Shown here piece by piece: positions 27,001 through 37,931 of a DNA stretch of 64,000 nucleotides (position 1 is the stretch's first letter; each line of letters starts with the position of its first letter). The position numbers were made by a program, and so were the translations under genes. The DNA comes from Ranitomeya imitator (taxonomy: Eukaryota): NCBI RefSeq assembly GCF_032444005.1, contig NC_091283.1, positions 384,772,001-384,836,000 on the forward strand. The letters run 5' to 3'. The notes beneath the pieces are model-generated. The model searched no databases, was not told where the DNA came from, and was given only the letters and a program-made list of their open reading frames with translations.

Positions 27001-29436
27001 GAAGTTATACCATTAGAATATATTACAGGAGATGAAACAGCAATCAGAGGTGGGAAGTTGTACCATTAGAATATATTACAGGAGATGAAACAGCAATCAG
27101 AGGTGGGAAGTTGTACCATTAGAATATATTGCAGGAGATGAGACAACAATCAGAGGTGAGAAGTTGTACCATTAGAATATATTGCACTAGATGAGACAGC
27201 AATCAGAGGTGGGAAGTTGTATCATTAGAATATATTGCAGGAGATGAGACAGCAATCAGAGGTGAGAAGTTGTACCATTAGAATATATTGCAGGAGATGA
27301 GACAGCAATCGGAGGTGAGAAGTTGTACCATTAGAATATATTGCACTAGATGAGACAGCAATCGGAGGTGGGAAGTTGTACCATTAGAATATATTGCAGG
27401 AGATGAGACAGCAATCGGAGGTGGGAAGTTGTACCATTAGAATATATTGCAGGAGATGAGACAGCAATCAGGTGGGAAGTTGTACCATTAGAATATATTG
27501 CAGGGGATGAGACATCAATCAGAGGTGGGAAGTTGTACCATTAGAACATATTGCAGGGGATGAGACATCAATCAGAGGTGAGAAGTTGTATCATTAGAAT
27601 ATATTGCAGGAGATGAGACAGCAATCAGAGGTGGGAAGTTGTACCATTAGAATATATTGCAGGAGATGAGACAGCAATCAGAGGTGGGAAGTTGTACCAT
27701 TAGAATATATTGCAGGAGATGAGACAGCAATCAGAGGTGAGAAGTTGTACCATTAGAATATATTGCAGGGGATGAGACAGCAATCAGAGGTGAGAAGTTG
27801 TACCATTAGAATATATTGCAGGGGATGAGACATCAATCAGAGGTGAGAAGTTGTACCATTAGAATATATTGCAGGAGATGAGACATCAATCAGAGGTGGG
27901 AAGTTGTACCATTAGAATATATTGCAGGAGATGAGACAGCAATCAGAGGTGAGAAGTTGTACCATTAGAATATATTGCAGGAGATGAGACATCAATCAGA
28001 GGTGGGAAGTTGTACCATTAGAATATATTGCAGGAGATGAGACAGCAATTAGAGGTGGGAAGTTGTACCATTAGAATATATTGCAGGAGATGAGACAGCA
28101 ATCAGAGGTGAGAAGTTGTACCATTAGAATATATTGCAGGAGATGAGACATCAATCAGAGGTGGGAAGTTGTACCATTAGAATATATTGCAGGAGATGAG
28201 ACAGCAATTAGAGGTGGGAAGTTGTACCATTAGAATATATTGCAGGAGATGAGACATCAATCAGAGGTGAGAAGTTGTACCATTAGAATATATTGCAGGA
28301 GATGAGACAGCAATCAGAGGTGGGAAGTTGTACCATTAGAATATATTGCAGGAGATGAGACAGCAATCAGAGGTGGGAAGTTGTACCATTAGAATATATT
28401 GCAGGAGATGAGACAACAATCAGAGGTGGGAAGTTGTATCATTAGAATATATTGCAGGAGATGAGACAACAATCAGAGGTGAGAAGTTGTACCATTAGAA
28501 TATATTGCAGGGGATGAGACATCAATCAGAGGTGGGAAGTTGTACCATTAGAATATATTGCAGGAGATGAGACAGCAATCAGAGGTGGGAAGTTGTACCA
28601 TTAGAATATATTGCAGGAGATGAGACAGCAATCAGAGGTGGGTAGTTGTACCATTAGAATATATTGCAGGGGATGAGACAGCAATCAGAGGTGGGAAGTT
28701 GTACCATTAGAATATATTGCAGGAGATGAGACAGCAATCAGAGGTGGGAAGTTGTACCATTAGAATATATTGCAGGACATGAGACATCAATCAGAGGTGG
28801 GAAGTTGTACCATTAGAATATATTACAGGAGATGAGACAGCAATCAGAGGTGGGAAGTTGTACCATTAGAATATATTGCAGGAGATGAGACAGCAATCAG
28901 GTGGGAAGTTGTACCATTAGAATATATTGTAGGGGATGAGACATCAATCAGAGGTGGGAAGTTGTACCATTAGAATATATTGCAGGAGATGACACATCAA
29001 TCAGTGGTGGGAAGTTGTACCATTAGAATATATTGCAGGAGATGACACATCAATCAGAGGTGGGAAGTTGTACCATTAGAATATATTGCAGGAGATGAGA
29101 CATCAATCAGAGGTGGGAAGTTGTACCATTAGAATATATTGCAGGACATGAGACATCAATCAGAGGTGGGAAGTTGTACCATTAGAATATATTGCAGGAG
29201 ATGAGACAGCAATCAGAGGTGGGAAGTTGTATCATTAGAATATATTGCAGGAGATGAGACAGCAATCAGAGGTGAGAAGTTGTACCATTAGAATATATTG
29301 CAGGAGATGAGACATCAATCAGAGGTGGGAAGTTGTACCATTAGAATATATTGCAGGAGATGAGACAGCAATCAGGTGGGAAGTTGTACCATTAGAATAT
29401 ATTGCAGGAGATGAGACAGCAATCAGAGGTGGGAAG
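18046..29436 (+). repeat. 53-bp satellite array, about 215 units (~11.4 kb)
   Basis: Unit GTGGGAAGTTGTACCATTAGAATATATTGCAGGAGATGAGACAGCAATCAGAG with few variant sites; stops in all frames, so no ORFs. Confidence 0.98.
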
Positions 29437-30507
29437 TAGGGTTGAGCGAAACGGATCGGACACATTCAAAAATCGTGACACCCGACCCGATCCTAGTCTC
29501 GGATCAGCCATGAGGTCGGCTATCTTCGCGCCAAAGTCGCGTGTCATATGACGCTTTCAGCGCCATTTTTCATCCAATGAGGGAGGACGCAGAGTGTGGG
29601 CAGCGTGATGACATAGGTCTCGGTCCCCACCATCTTAGAGAAGGGCATGACAGTGATTGGCTTGCTTTCTGCGGTATCACAGGGGCTATAAAGGGGCGTG
29701 CACGCCGACCGCCATCTTACTTCTGACGATCGTAGCATAGGGAGAGGTTGCCGCAGCTTCATCAGAAGAAGGGATATAGTTAGGGAGCCATGATTAAGCC
29801 CCAAAACTGCTTGTGCTGTAGCGATTTCCACTGTCCAACACCACCATTTGTTTGCAGGGACAGTGGAGTTTATATTTTTGTGCATCAGCTCTGTAGCTTA
29901 TTAGGCTGCCTTATAAGGCTCCCTGAAAGCTGCATTGCTGTTTGTACGCCGCTGTGCAAACCAACTGCTTTTTTAAAAGCAAAAATCCTGTTGCTCCTTT
30001 CTGCACAGTTATCTTGTTTATTTGTCCACACTTCTGTGTGCAGCAGTCCTTTTTATTGCTGCCATACTTGTCCTGAGATCTTTGTAGGGAGATTGAAATT
30101 GTACTACAGTCCTTACAGGAAAGAAATATATCTTGGTACTACAGTCGTAGTATATTTGTCGTACTACAGTCCTTGTATTTTTTCATATATCTTCCAGCCA
30201 CGTTCTGCCACTTACATTGTGTAGTGTAATACACTGGGCCTGAGTTTTGGTGCAGTCTCCCACTCAAAAAAAGGGAGATTTAAATTGTCACTAAGTGGAT
30301 CTACGTCAGTTCTGTTAGTTTGTCGTATATTAGCCAGCCACCTTCTGCCACTTACATTGTGTAGTGTTATACACCAGGCCTGAGTTTTGGTTCAGTCTCC
30401 CCCCCCCAAAGAAGGGAGATTTAAATTCTCAACAAGTTTATATACACCTTCTACCTTGTTTTACAGTACCATATAACGGTTGTTATTTTGGTTAGATTTT
30501 CCCAAAA

Positions 30508-33500
30508 ATGAGGAAGTCTGGTGGAAGAGGCTGTGGGCGCTCGTTGCCAGCTGGTAATGATGATGGTGGTGGAGCATCTGGTGGTAGTGGGAAAAGCAAA
30601 ATAGCACCAAAGGCTCGAGGTGTTGAGCCATCGTCATCGTCTGGCTACACAAGGCCTCGAAGGCTCCCTTATCTGGGAGTAGGAAAACCGCTTTTAAAGC
30701 CGGAGCAGCAGGAAAAAGTTTTGGCTTTCTTTGCTGACTCAGCCTCTAGCTCTTTCGCCTCCTCTTCTGAAAGTTCGAAATATAAAAGCAGTGAGTCATC
30801 AGTGGATGCTCCCGGTCAGGAACGAGTCGCTTCTTTGTGTTCTTCACACAAACCAAAAGTGAAGGATGCGGCAGGCGACACTACAGTTTACTCCATGAAG
30901 CTCTTTACACATACCGTGCTTGGGTTAGGAAGGAGGTGTGGGTTAAATCCGCGCTGCCTTAATGATGAAGTTTCAAGGATAATTAATTTAAAAGGTGGTT
31001 TATTCAGCGCGTTTCAAGGTCAGTGCGACCTCTTCTTCCGGAAATTCCACATACAACATACAGATACAACGTGCTTACATTGTTTAATGTATTCTCCCAC
31101 AAATAAATTACAGCGTTCGTGATGGGGCACCATCGCTACATGCTCTTCATTCAACAAAATCAGGTGAGCAATTCTAAGAAAGCTCTCTTGGTTATCTAGA
31201 GGATAAGACCCTATTTTGCGCTTTGTGTCTCCATTTTTTTTCCTATAGTAGTGGGTTAGAAAGGGAAATTGTTAACAGCCCATTACAAGAAGAATCGGAC
31301 ATGGAGTTAACTGATGCACAGCCACAACTAGATTATTATGTTGTTCCATTGACTCAGATCACTACATTGCTCTCGTAGTGTACTGAGCCAGAATCTGACC
31401 CTGATGAGGATATGGTGCCCCATCACGAACGCTTTAGCACCTTACACGGTGACACAGAGGAAGGTGCACATGACATTGAAGAGGAGGTGATAGATGACCC
31501 AGTTGTTGACCCAGATTGGCTGCCATTGGGGGAAGAGGGTGCCGCTGCCAGTAGCTCAGAAGCAGAGGAGGATGATCCGCAGCAGCCATCTACATCGCAA
31601 CAGCTTTCATCTGGCAGGCCCGTATCAGGCCAAAAACAAAAACCGTGGCCATCCGGTGAAAGTAGCACAGCGTGCAATGCCTGAAAAGGTATTCCATAGT
31701 AGGAAGAGTGCAGTGTGGGAATTTTTTAACCAAGATCCGAATGATCAGTGCAAAGTTATCTGTAAGAAATGTGCAAAGACCTTTAGTAGAGGGAAGAATC
31801 TCCAAAATTTAAATACAACGTGCATGCTTAGACATTTAACCAGCATGCACTTGCAAGCCTGGACTAACTACCAAACGTCCCGTACTGTTGGTGCACCTGC
31901 TCAGAATGAAGATAGTCAGCAACGCTACATTGCTTCCCTCACTGTAAGCCCACCGGTTAGGACACCACCAGCAGCAAATGTGGAGGTATCGTCGCAAGGC
32001 CAAAGCAGTCAGGGAATCACAAGGTTCTTAGTAGGAAACACTGTATGTAGGCCAACATCAAGAATACCATCACCAACCCTCTCTCAATCTGCCATGTCCA
32101 CCACCACCCCCGCTAGTTCCACCATATGCAGCTCTCCAGTCCAGCTCACCCTACAAGAGACTCTCGTTAGGAAAAGAAAGTACTCATCCTCTCATCCGCG
32201 TACACAGTGTTTGAATGCCCACATTGCTAGACTAATCTCATTAGAGATGATGCCCTACTGGTTGGTTGATAGCGATGCTTTCAATGCCCTGATGGCCTAT
32301 GCAGTACTACGCTATGACCTACCCAGTAGACACTTCTTTGTGAGAAAAGCCATCTCAGCCCTCCACCAGCATGTCAAAGACCGCATTGTCCATGCACTGA
32401 GGCAATCAGTCAGTAGAAAAGAGCACCTAACAACAGATGTATGGACCAGTAGACATGGCCAGGGACGTTATGTGTCCATCACGGCGCACTGGGTTAATGT
32501 GGTGGATGCAGGGTCCACAGGAGACAGCCATAATGGGACAGTTCTGCCTAGCCCACAGTCTAGGAAACAGTTGGCTGTAGGCGTTCGCCACCCCTCCTCC
32601 TCCTCCTCCTCCAGAAGTGAAAGCTCGTCCACAGAGCGCAGTCACAAGACCACTTCATCCGCAGCTGCCAGTGTTGCATACGAGGTGTCCCATTATCGAA
32701 CAGCTTCCGGTAAGCGTCAGCAGGCTGTGTTAGAAATGAAGTGTTTCTGCGACAACAAACACACCGCGGAAGTACTGGCCTAGTACTTGCAGCAAGAAAC
32801 TCAGTCATGGCTGGGCAGTGTACATCTTGAGGCAGGCAAGGTAGTCAGTGATAACGGAAGGAATTTTATGGCTGCCATAGCCCTTTCAGAACTGAAACAC
32901 ATACCTTGCCTGGCTCACACCTTGAACCTGGTGGTGCAGTGCTTCCTGAAAAATTATCTGGGGTTACCAGCCCTGCTCCTGAAGTGAAGGTGTGAAGACT
33001 TTGCTCGCACATCCGCTGGTCGCCCGTACACTCCAGCCGTATGCTGAATCTTCCTCAGCACCGCCTAATAATCGATGTTGCAACAAGATGGAATTCCACA
33101 TAGCACATGCTTCAGAGGCTGTGCGAACAGGGGCGTGCTGTAATTTATTTGTGGGAGGATACACATACACAGGCAGGCAATTGGATGGCAGACATGGAGT
33201 TGTCTGGTGTGCAGTGACCTCTGTCAAGTCCTTCAGTGTTTTGAGGAATGCACATGGCTGGTAAGTGCAGACGACGCCATCATAAGCATGAGCATCCCAC
33301 TAACGCGTCTGCTGATGCAAAGTTTGACGCACATTAAGGAGCAGGCGTCTGCAGCCGAGGAGGAGGGAAGCCTTGATAAGTCAGCCATTGTCTACTCGGG
33401 GAACTCTCCTGGACGAGGTGGCGGACGAAGAGGAGCAGGAGGAGGATGATGGGGATGAATATTTATGGGAGGAGGATGCTTCTCAGGGGGCAATAGAAAC

Positions 33501-34310
33501 TGGTGGCGTTGCAAGGTCAGGTACAGGGTTTTTGCGGGACACAAGAGATGTTGATTTGCAAGAAAGTGCTCCTCAACCCAGCACAAGCAGTGAATTGACA
33601 CCTGGAACATTGGCCCACATGGCTGAGTATGCCTTGCGTATCCTAAAAAGGGACCCCCGCATTATCAAAATGATGACCGATGACGATTACTGATTGGCCT
33701 GCCTCCTGGATCCACGACATAAAGGAAAATTACAAAATATCATGCCACATGAGAACCTTGAGCAAATATTGGCTACCAAACAAGCAACTCTTGTAGACCA
33801 TTTGGTTCAGGCATTCCCAGCACACAGCGGCGGTGATGGTTCTCACACGAGCTGTAGGAGCAACATGGCAGAGGTGTTAGAGGTGCACAAATCCGAAGTG
33901 GCGTTGGACAGAGGGTTTTTATGACCAGGTTGTGGAGTGATTTCACAATGACCGCAGACACGACAGGTACTGCTGCATCAATTCAAAGTGACAGGAGACA
34001 GCATTTGTCCAGTATGGTTATGAACTATTTTTCCTCCCTTATCGATGTTCTCCCTCACAGGTCTTTCCCCTTTGATTACTGGGCATCTAAAATAGACACC
34101 TGGCCTGAATTGGCAGAATATGCATTACAGGAGCTCGCTTGCCCAGCTGCTAGTGTGCTATCAGAAAGAGTCTTCAGTGTTGCTGGTTCAATACTGACCG
34201 AAAAAATGACACGTCTGGCTACCCAAAATGTTGATGATCTAACCTTCATTAAAATGAACCAATCATGGATTTCAAATTATTTTGCCCCACCTTCCCCTGC
34301 TGACACGTAG
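30508..34310 (+). pseudogene. hAT/ZBED-type transposase, disrupted by stops, frameshifts and an insertion
   Basis: BED finger SAVWEFF..CKKC..LRHLTSMH; LPSRHFF; HLTTDVWTS..RYVSITAHW; VSDNGRN; HIPCLAHTLNLVVQ; TRWNS; LDPRHK; C-terminal YW...WPELA.YALQELACPAASVLSERVFS dimerisation domain. Confidence 0.9.
30934..31251 (-). mobile_element. 318-bp retroposed insert, probably Penelope-derived, with a degenerate hammerhead
   Basis: Flanked by TGGGTTAG(G/A)AAGG (30921-30933 and 31252-31264). Removing it restores TVLGLEREIVNSPLQEE. Minus strand contains CGGAAGA-AGAGGTC-GCACT-GACCTT-GAAACGCGCT. Confidence 0.55.
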
Positions 34311-34939
34311 CTTGCCTGAAAAATGTCTTGCTTTTGGCCTCCTCTTACTGACTGCTCCAATTCGTCCATTTGCAGCTGCTGAATGTCCACCATAGGCCAT
34401 TTTTATACCTCCCTAAATGGGCTGACTCCCCCCACAGGGCCGTGGTCACCACCCGTGCGAGTGCCGTTTGCCTGAACAGGTGGATGTGCCCACTCTTGGG
34501 CGACGGCACTGGCACAGGGTCCCTCATAGTACAATGAAGTGTCTCTGATGGTGGTGGTGCACAACCAACGTCAGACACACCGTCGTAATATGAGGGGCCC
34601 TGTGCCAGTACCGCCACCCACGAGAGAGTGTTCCCCCCCAGCTCGAACAGTGCTCTACCACTTGCAAAACTTACCTCTCCCTGCTCCATCACTGTATAGT
34701 CTGTGCTGTTAAATCCTTCAATGGCACTGCCAATACAAATTTGTTGAAATGATAGATGATAGTTAAAATATACAGGGGCCCTGGCCTCCATTTAGACCAG
34801 TTAATACTTTGCGCCAACTACCACTGTCTGCTACTCAGCAGAGGAGCCCACCCCTGTACCTAGCTATGCCACCTGTTTATTTATGAACATTTTTTTGACA
34901 GACGTTTAGCCCACTTTATTATTTTGGCCTACTAATTGT

Positions 34940-35500
34940 GGCAGCCACTCATTACAGTTGTCCTCCATTGAATAAAGCAATGCCGCCTGTCTAGTCCTGT
35001 TACCAATTTTGAACTGCATTTAGCCTACTTACTTATTTGGGCCTAGTAACTGTGTCAGCCACTCCTTACAGTTGTCCTCCACTGAACAAAGCAATGCCGC
35101 CTGTGTACTCCTGTTACCAATTTTGAACTGCATTTAGCCTACTTTTTAATTTTGAGCCTACTAAGTCTCTGCACCACTCAATACAGTTGTCCTCCACTGA
35201 ACAAAGCAATGCCGCCTCTGTACTCCTGTTACCAATTTTGAACTGCATTTAGCCTACTTTTTTATTTTGGACCTAGTATGTCTGTCTGCGCCACTCAATA
35301 CAGTTGTTCTCCACTGAACAAAGCTATGCCGCCTGTGTACTCCTGTTACCAATTTTTAACTGCATTTAGCGTACTTTTTAATTTTGGGTCTACTAAGTCT
35401 CTCTGCGCCACTCAATACCGTTGTCCTCCACTGAACAAAGCAATGCCGCCTGTGTACTCCTGTTACCAATTTTGAACTGCTTTTAGCCTACTTTATTATT
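34940..35500 (+). repeat. ~118-bp tandem repeat, about 5 copies, in the hAT 3' region
   Basis: Recurring ccactc..tacagttgtcctccactgaacaaagcaatgccgcctgtgtactcctgttaccaattttgaactgcatttagcc. Confidence 0.8.
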
Positions 35501-35799
35501 TGGGCCTATATCTGTGTTTCCTCCTCATCCTGCCCATTGCCTAGCCACTGCTTGATGAGTCTGCTGGTACATTGACCCAGACCACTACATTCCCCTTGCA
35601 CTCTACACAGCCAGAATCTGACCCTGCTGAAAGTCAAGTTCTCCTTCCCGCATACTATACCACCTTACACGGGGACAAAGAGGAAGGTGCAGATGAAAGT
35701 GCAGGTTCCTTCATCAGGTGAGGGGGCATACTCGTTTTCACTGGCACGGGGGCTCCTCATAGTACGCAAAAGTGTCTCTGGCAGTGGGAGGCGTCACCT

Positions 35800-36619
35800 T
35801 GTTGTGAATTCTGTGGTCAAGCTCCCTCCTGTGGTCATGAGTGGTACTTTGGCTGGTTCTGTCTATGAGCTTCCTCTGGTGGATGTGAGTGGGGCTGCGG
35901 CTTCTGAGTTCCCTTCCTCAGGTGACGAGGTTAAGTCGTTAGGTGCTGCTCTATTTAACTCCACCTAGTTCTTTGTTCCTGGCCTCCAGTCAATGTTCCA
36001 GTATTGGTCTTGCTCTCTCCTGGATCGTCTTGTGGCCTGTCTGCCCTGCATAAGCTAAGTTCTGCTTGTGTTACTTTTGTTTGCTATTTTTTCTGTCCAG
36101 CTTGCTATATTGGTTTTTCTTGCTTGCTGGAAGCTCTGGGACGCAGAGGGAGCACCTCCGTGCCGTTAGTCGGTACGGAGGGTCTTTTTGCGCCCTCTGC
36201 GTGGTTGTTTGTAGGTTTTTGTGCTGACCGCAAAGCTATCTTTACTATCCTCGGTCTATTCAGTAAGTCGGGCCTCACTTTGCTAAAACCTATTTCATCT
36301 CTGTGTTTGTATTTTCATCTTTACTCACAGTCATTATATGTGGGGGGCTGCCTTTTCCTTTGGGGAATTTCTCTGAGGCAAGGTAGGCTTATTTTTCTAT
36401 CTTCAGGGCTAGCTAGTTTCTCAGGCTGTGCCCGAGGCGCCTAGGTCTGGTCAGGAGCGCTCCACGGCTACCTCTAGTGTGGTGTGATAGGATTAGGGAT
36501 TGCGGTAAGCAGAGTTCCCACGTCTCAGAGCTCGTCCTATGTTATTAGTAACTATCAGGTCACTTTGTGTGCTCTTAATCACCAGGTCCATTGTGTTTCT
36601 GAATCACCAGTTCATAACA
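35800..36619 (+). repeat. 5' LTR of the Gypsy element
   Basis: TGTTGTGAATTC...CAGTTCATAACA; about 7 substitutions versus the 3' LTR by eye. Confidence 0.95.
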
Positions 36620-36755
36620 GTACTGGAGGCCCAAAGTACTAATGCTTCTCAATAGAGGGAAAAGAGAAGTTCTGAGACCATTTTTTTTTCTCTGCACTGT
36701 GTTTTGTCTTTCTTTTTCCCTAGACATTTGGGTGGTTCAGGACACAGGTGTAGTG

Positions 36756-37931
36756 ATGGACATTAAAGGTCTGTCTTCTTGTGTGGATCATCTCACTGCA
36801 AGAGTACAAAATATTCAAGACTTTGTGGTTCAGAATTCTATGTTAGAACCAAGAATTCCTATTCCTGATTTGTTTTCTGGAGATAGAGCTAAGTTTCTGA
36901 GTTTTAAAAATAATTGCAAACTGTTTCTGGCTTTGAAACCCCGCTCCTCTGGTGACCCAGTACAACAAGTTAAGATCATTATTTCTTTATTACGTGGCGA
37001 CCCTCAAGATTGGGCATTTTCCCTTGCGCCAGGAGATCCTGCATTATGTAATATTGATGCGTTTTTTCTGGCGCTCGGATTGCTTTATGATGAACCTAAT
37101 TCAGTGGATCAGGCAGAGAAAAATTTGCTGGCTCTGTGTCAGGGTCAGGATGAGGTAGATATATATTGTCAGAAGTTTAGGAAGTGGTCTGTGCTCACTC
37201 AATGGAATGAATGTGCGCTGGAAGCAATTTTCAGAAAGGGTCTCTCTGAAGCCCTTAAGGATGTCATGGTGGGATTTCCTATGCCTGCTGGTCTGAATGA
37301 GTCTATGTCTTTGGCCATTCAGATCGATCGACGCTTGCGTGAGCGTAAAACTGTGCACCATTTGGCGGTATTACCTGAGCATAAACCTGAGCCTATGCAA
37401 TGTGATAGGACTTTGACCAGAGCTGAACGGCAAGAACACAGATGTCGGAATGGGCTGTGTTTTTACTGTGGTGATTCCACTCATGCTATCTCCGATTGTC
37501 CTAAGCGCACTAAGCGGTTCGCTAGGTCTGCCACCATTGGTACGGTACAGTCGAAATTTCTTTTGTCCGTTACTTTGATCTGCTCTTTGTCATCCTATTC
37601 GGTCATGGCATTTGTGGATTCAGGCGCTGCCCTGAATTTGATGGACTTGGAGTTTGCTAGGCGCTGTGGGTTTTTCTTGGAGCCCTTGCAGTATCCTATT
37701 TCATTGAGAGGAATTGATGCTACGCCTTTGGCCAAGAATAAGCCTCAATTCTGGACCCAGCTGACCATGTGCATGGCTCCTGCGCATCAGGAGGATATTC
37801 GCTTTTTGGTGTTGCATAATCTGCATGATGTGGTCGTGTTGGGGTTGCCATGGCTACAAGTCCATAACCCAGTATTGGATTGGAAATCAATGTCTGTGTC
37901 CAGCTGGGGTTGTCAGAGGGGAACATGGTGA
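36756..37931 (+). CDS. gag: Gypsy gag-protease ORF
   Basis: Retrotransposon gag (PDLFSGDR..FL..C, LLRG.PQDW), zinc knuckle CFYCGDSTHAISDC, aspartic protease AFVDSGA. Open from MDIKG. Confidence 0.88.
   Translation: MDIKGLSSCVDHLTARVQNIQDFVVQNSMLEPRIPIPDLFSGDRAKFLSFKNNCKLFLALKPRSSGDPVQQVKIIISLLRGDPQDWAFSLAPGDPALCNIDAFFLALGLLYDEPNSVDQAEKNLLALCQGQDEVDIYCQKFRKWSVLTQWNECALEAIFRKGLSEALKDVMVGFPMPAGLNESMSLAIQIDRRLRERKTVHHLAVLPEHKPEPMQCDRTLTRAERQEHRCRNGLCFYCGDSTHAISDCPKRTKRFARSATIGTVQSKFLLSVTLICSLSSYSVMAFVDSGAALNLMDLEFARRCGFFLEPLQYPISLRGIDATPLAKNKPQFWTQLTMCMAPAHQEDIRFLVLHNLHDVVVLGLPWLQVHNPVLDWKSMSVSSWGCQRGTW

Noticed and set aside
18046-29436. CRISPR-like regular array
   Set aside because: Units are head-to-tail with no unique spacers, there are no cas genes, and the context is vertebrate; it is a satellite.
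30508-34310. Domesticated ZBED host gene
   Set aside because: Multiple stops and frameshifts, and it is enclosed by TIRs and an 8-bp TSD, so it is a decayed transposon.
36004-36444. Identical 146-aa ORFs here and at 40990-41430
   Set aside because: They lie within the two LTRs; the duplication reflects LTR identity, not a gene.
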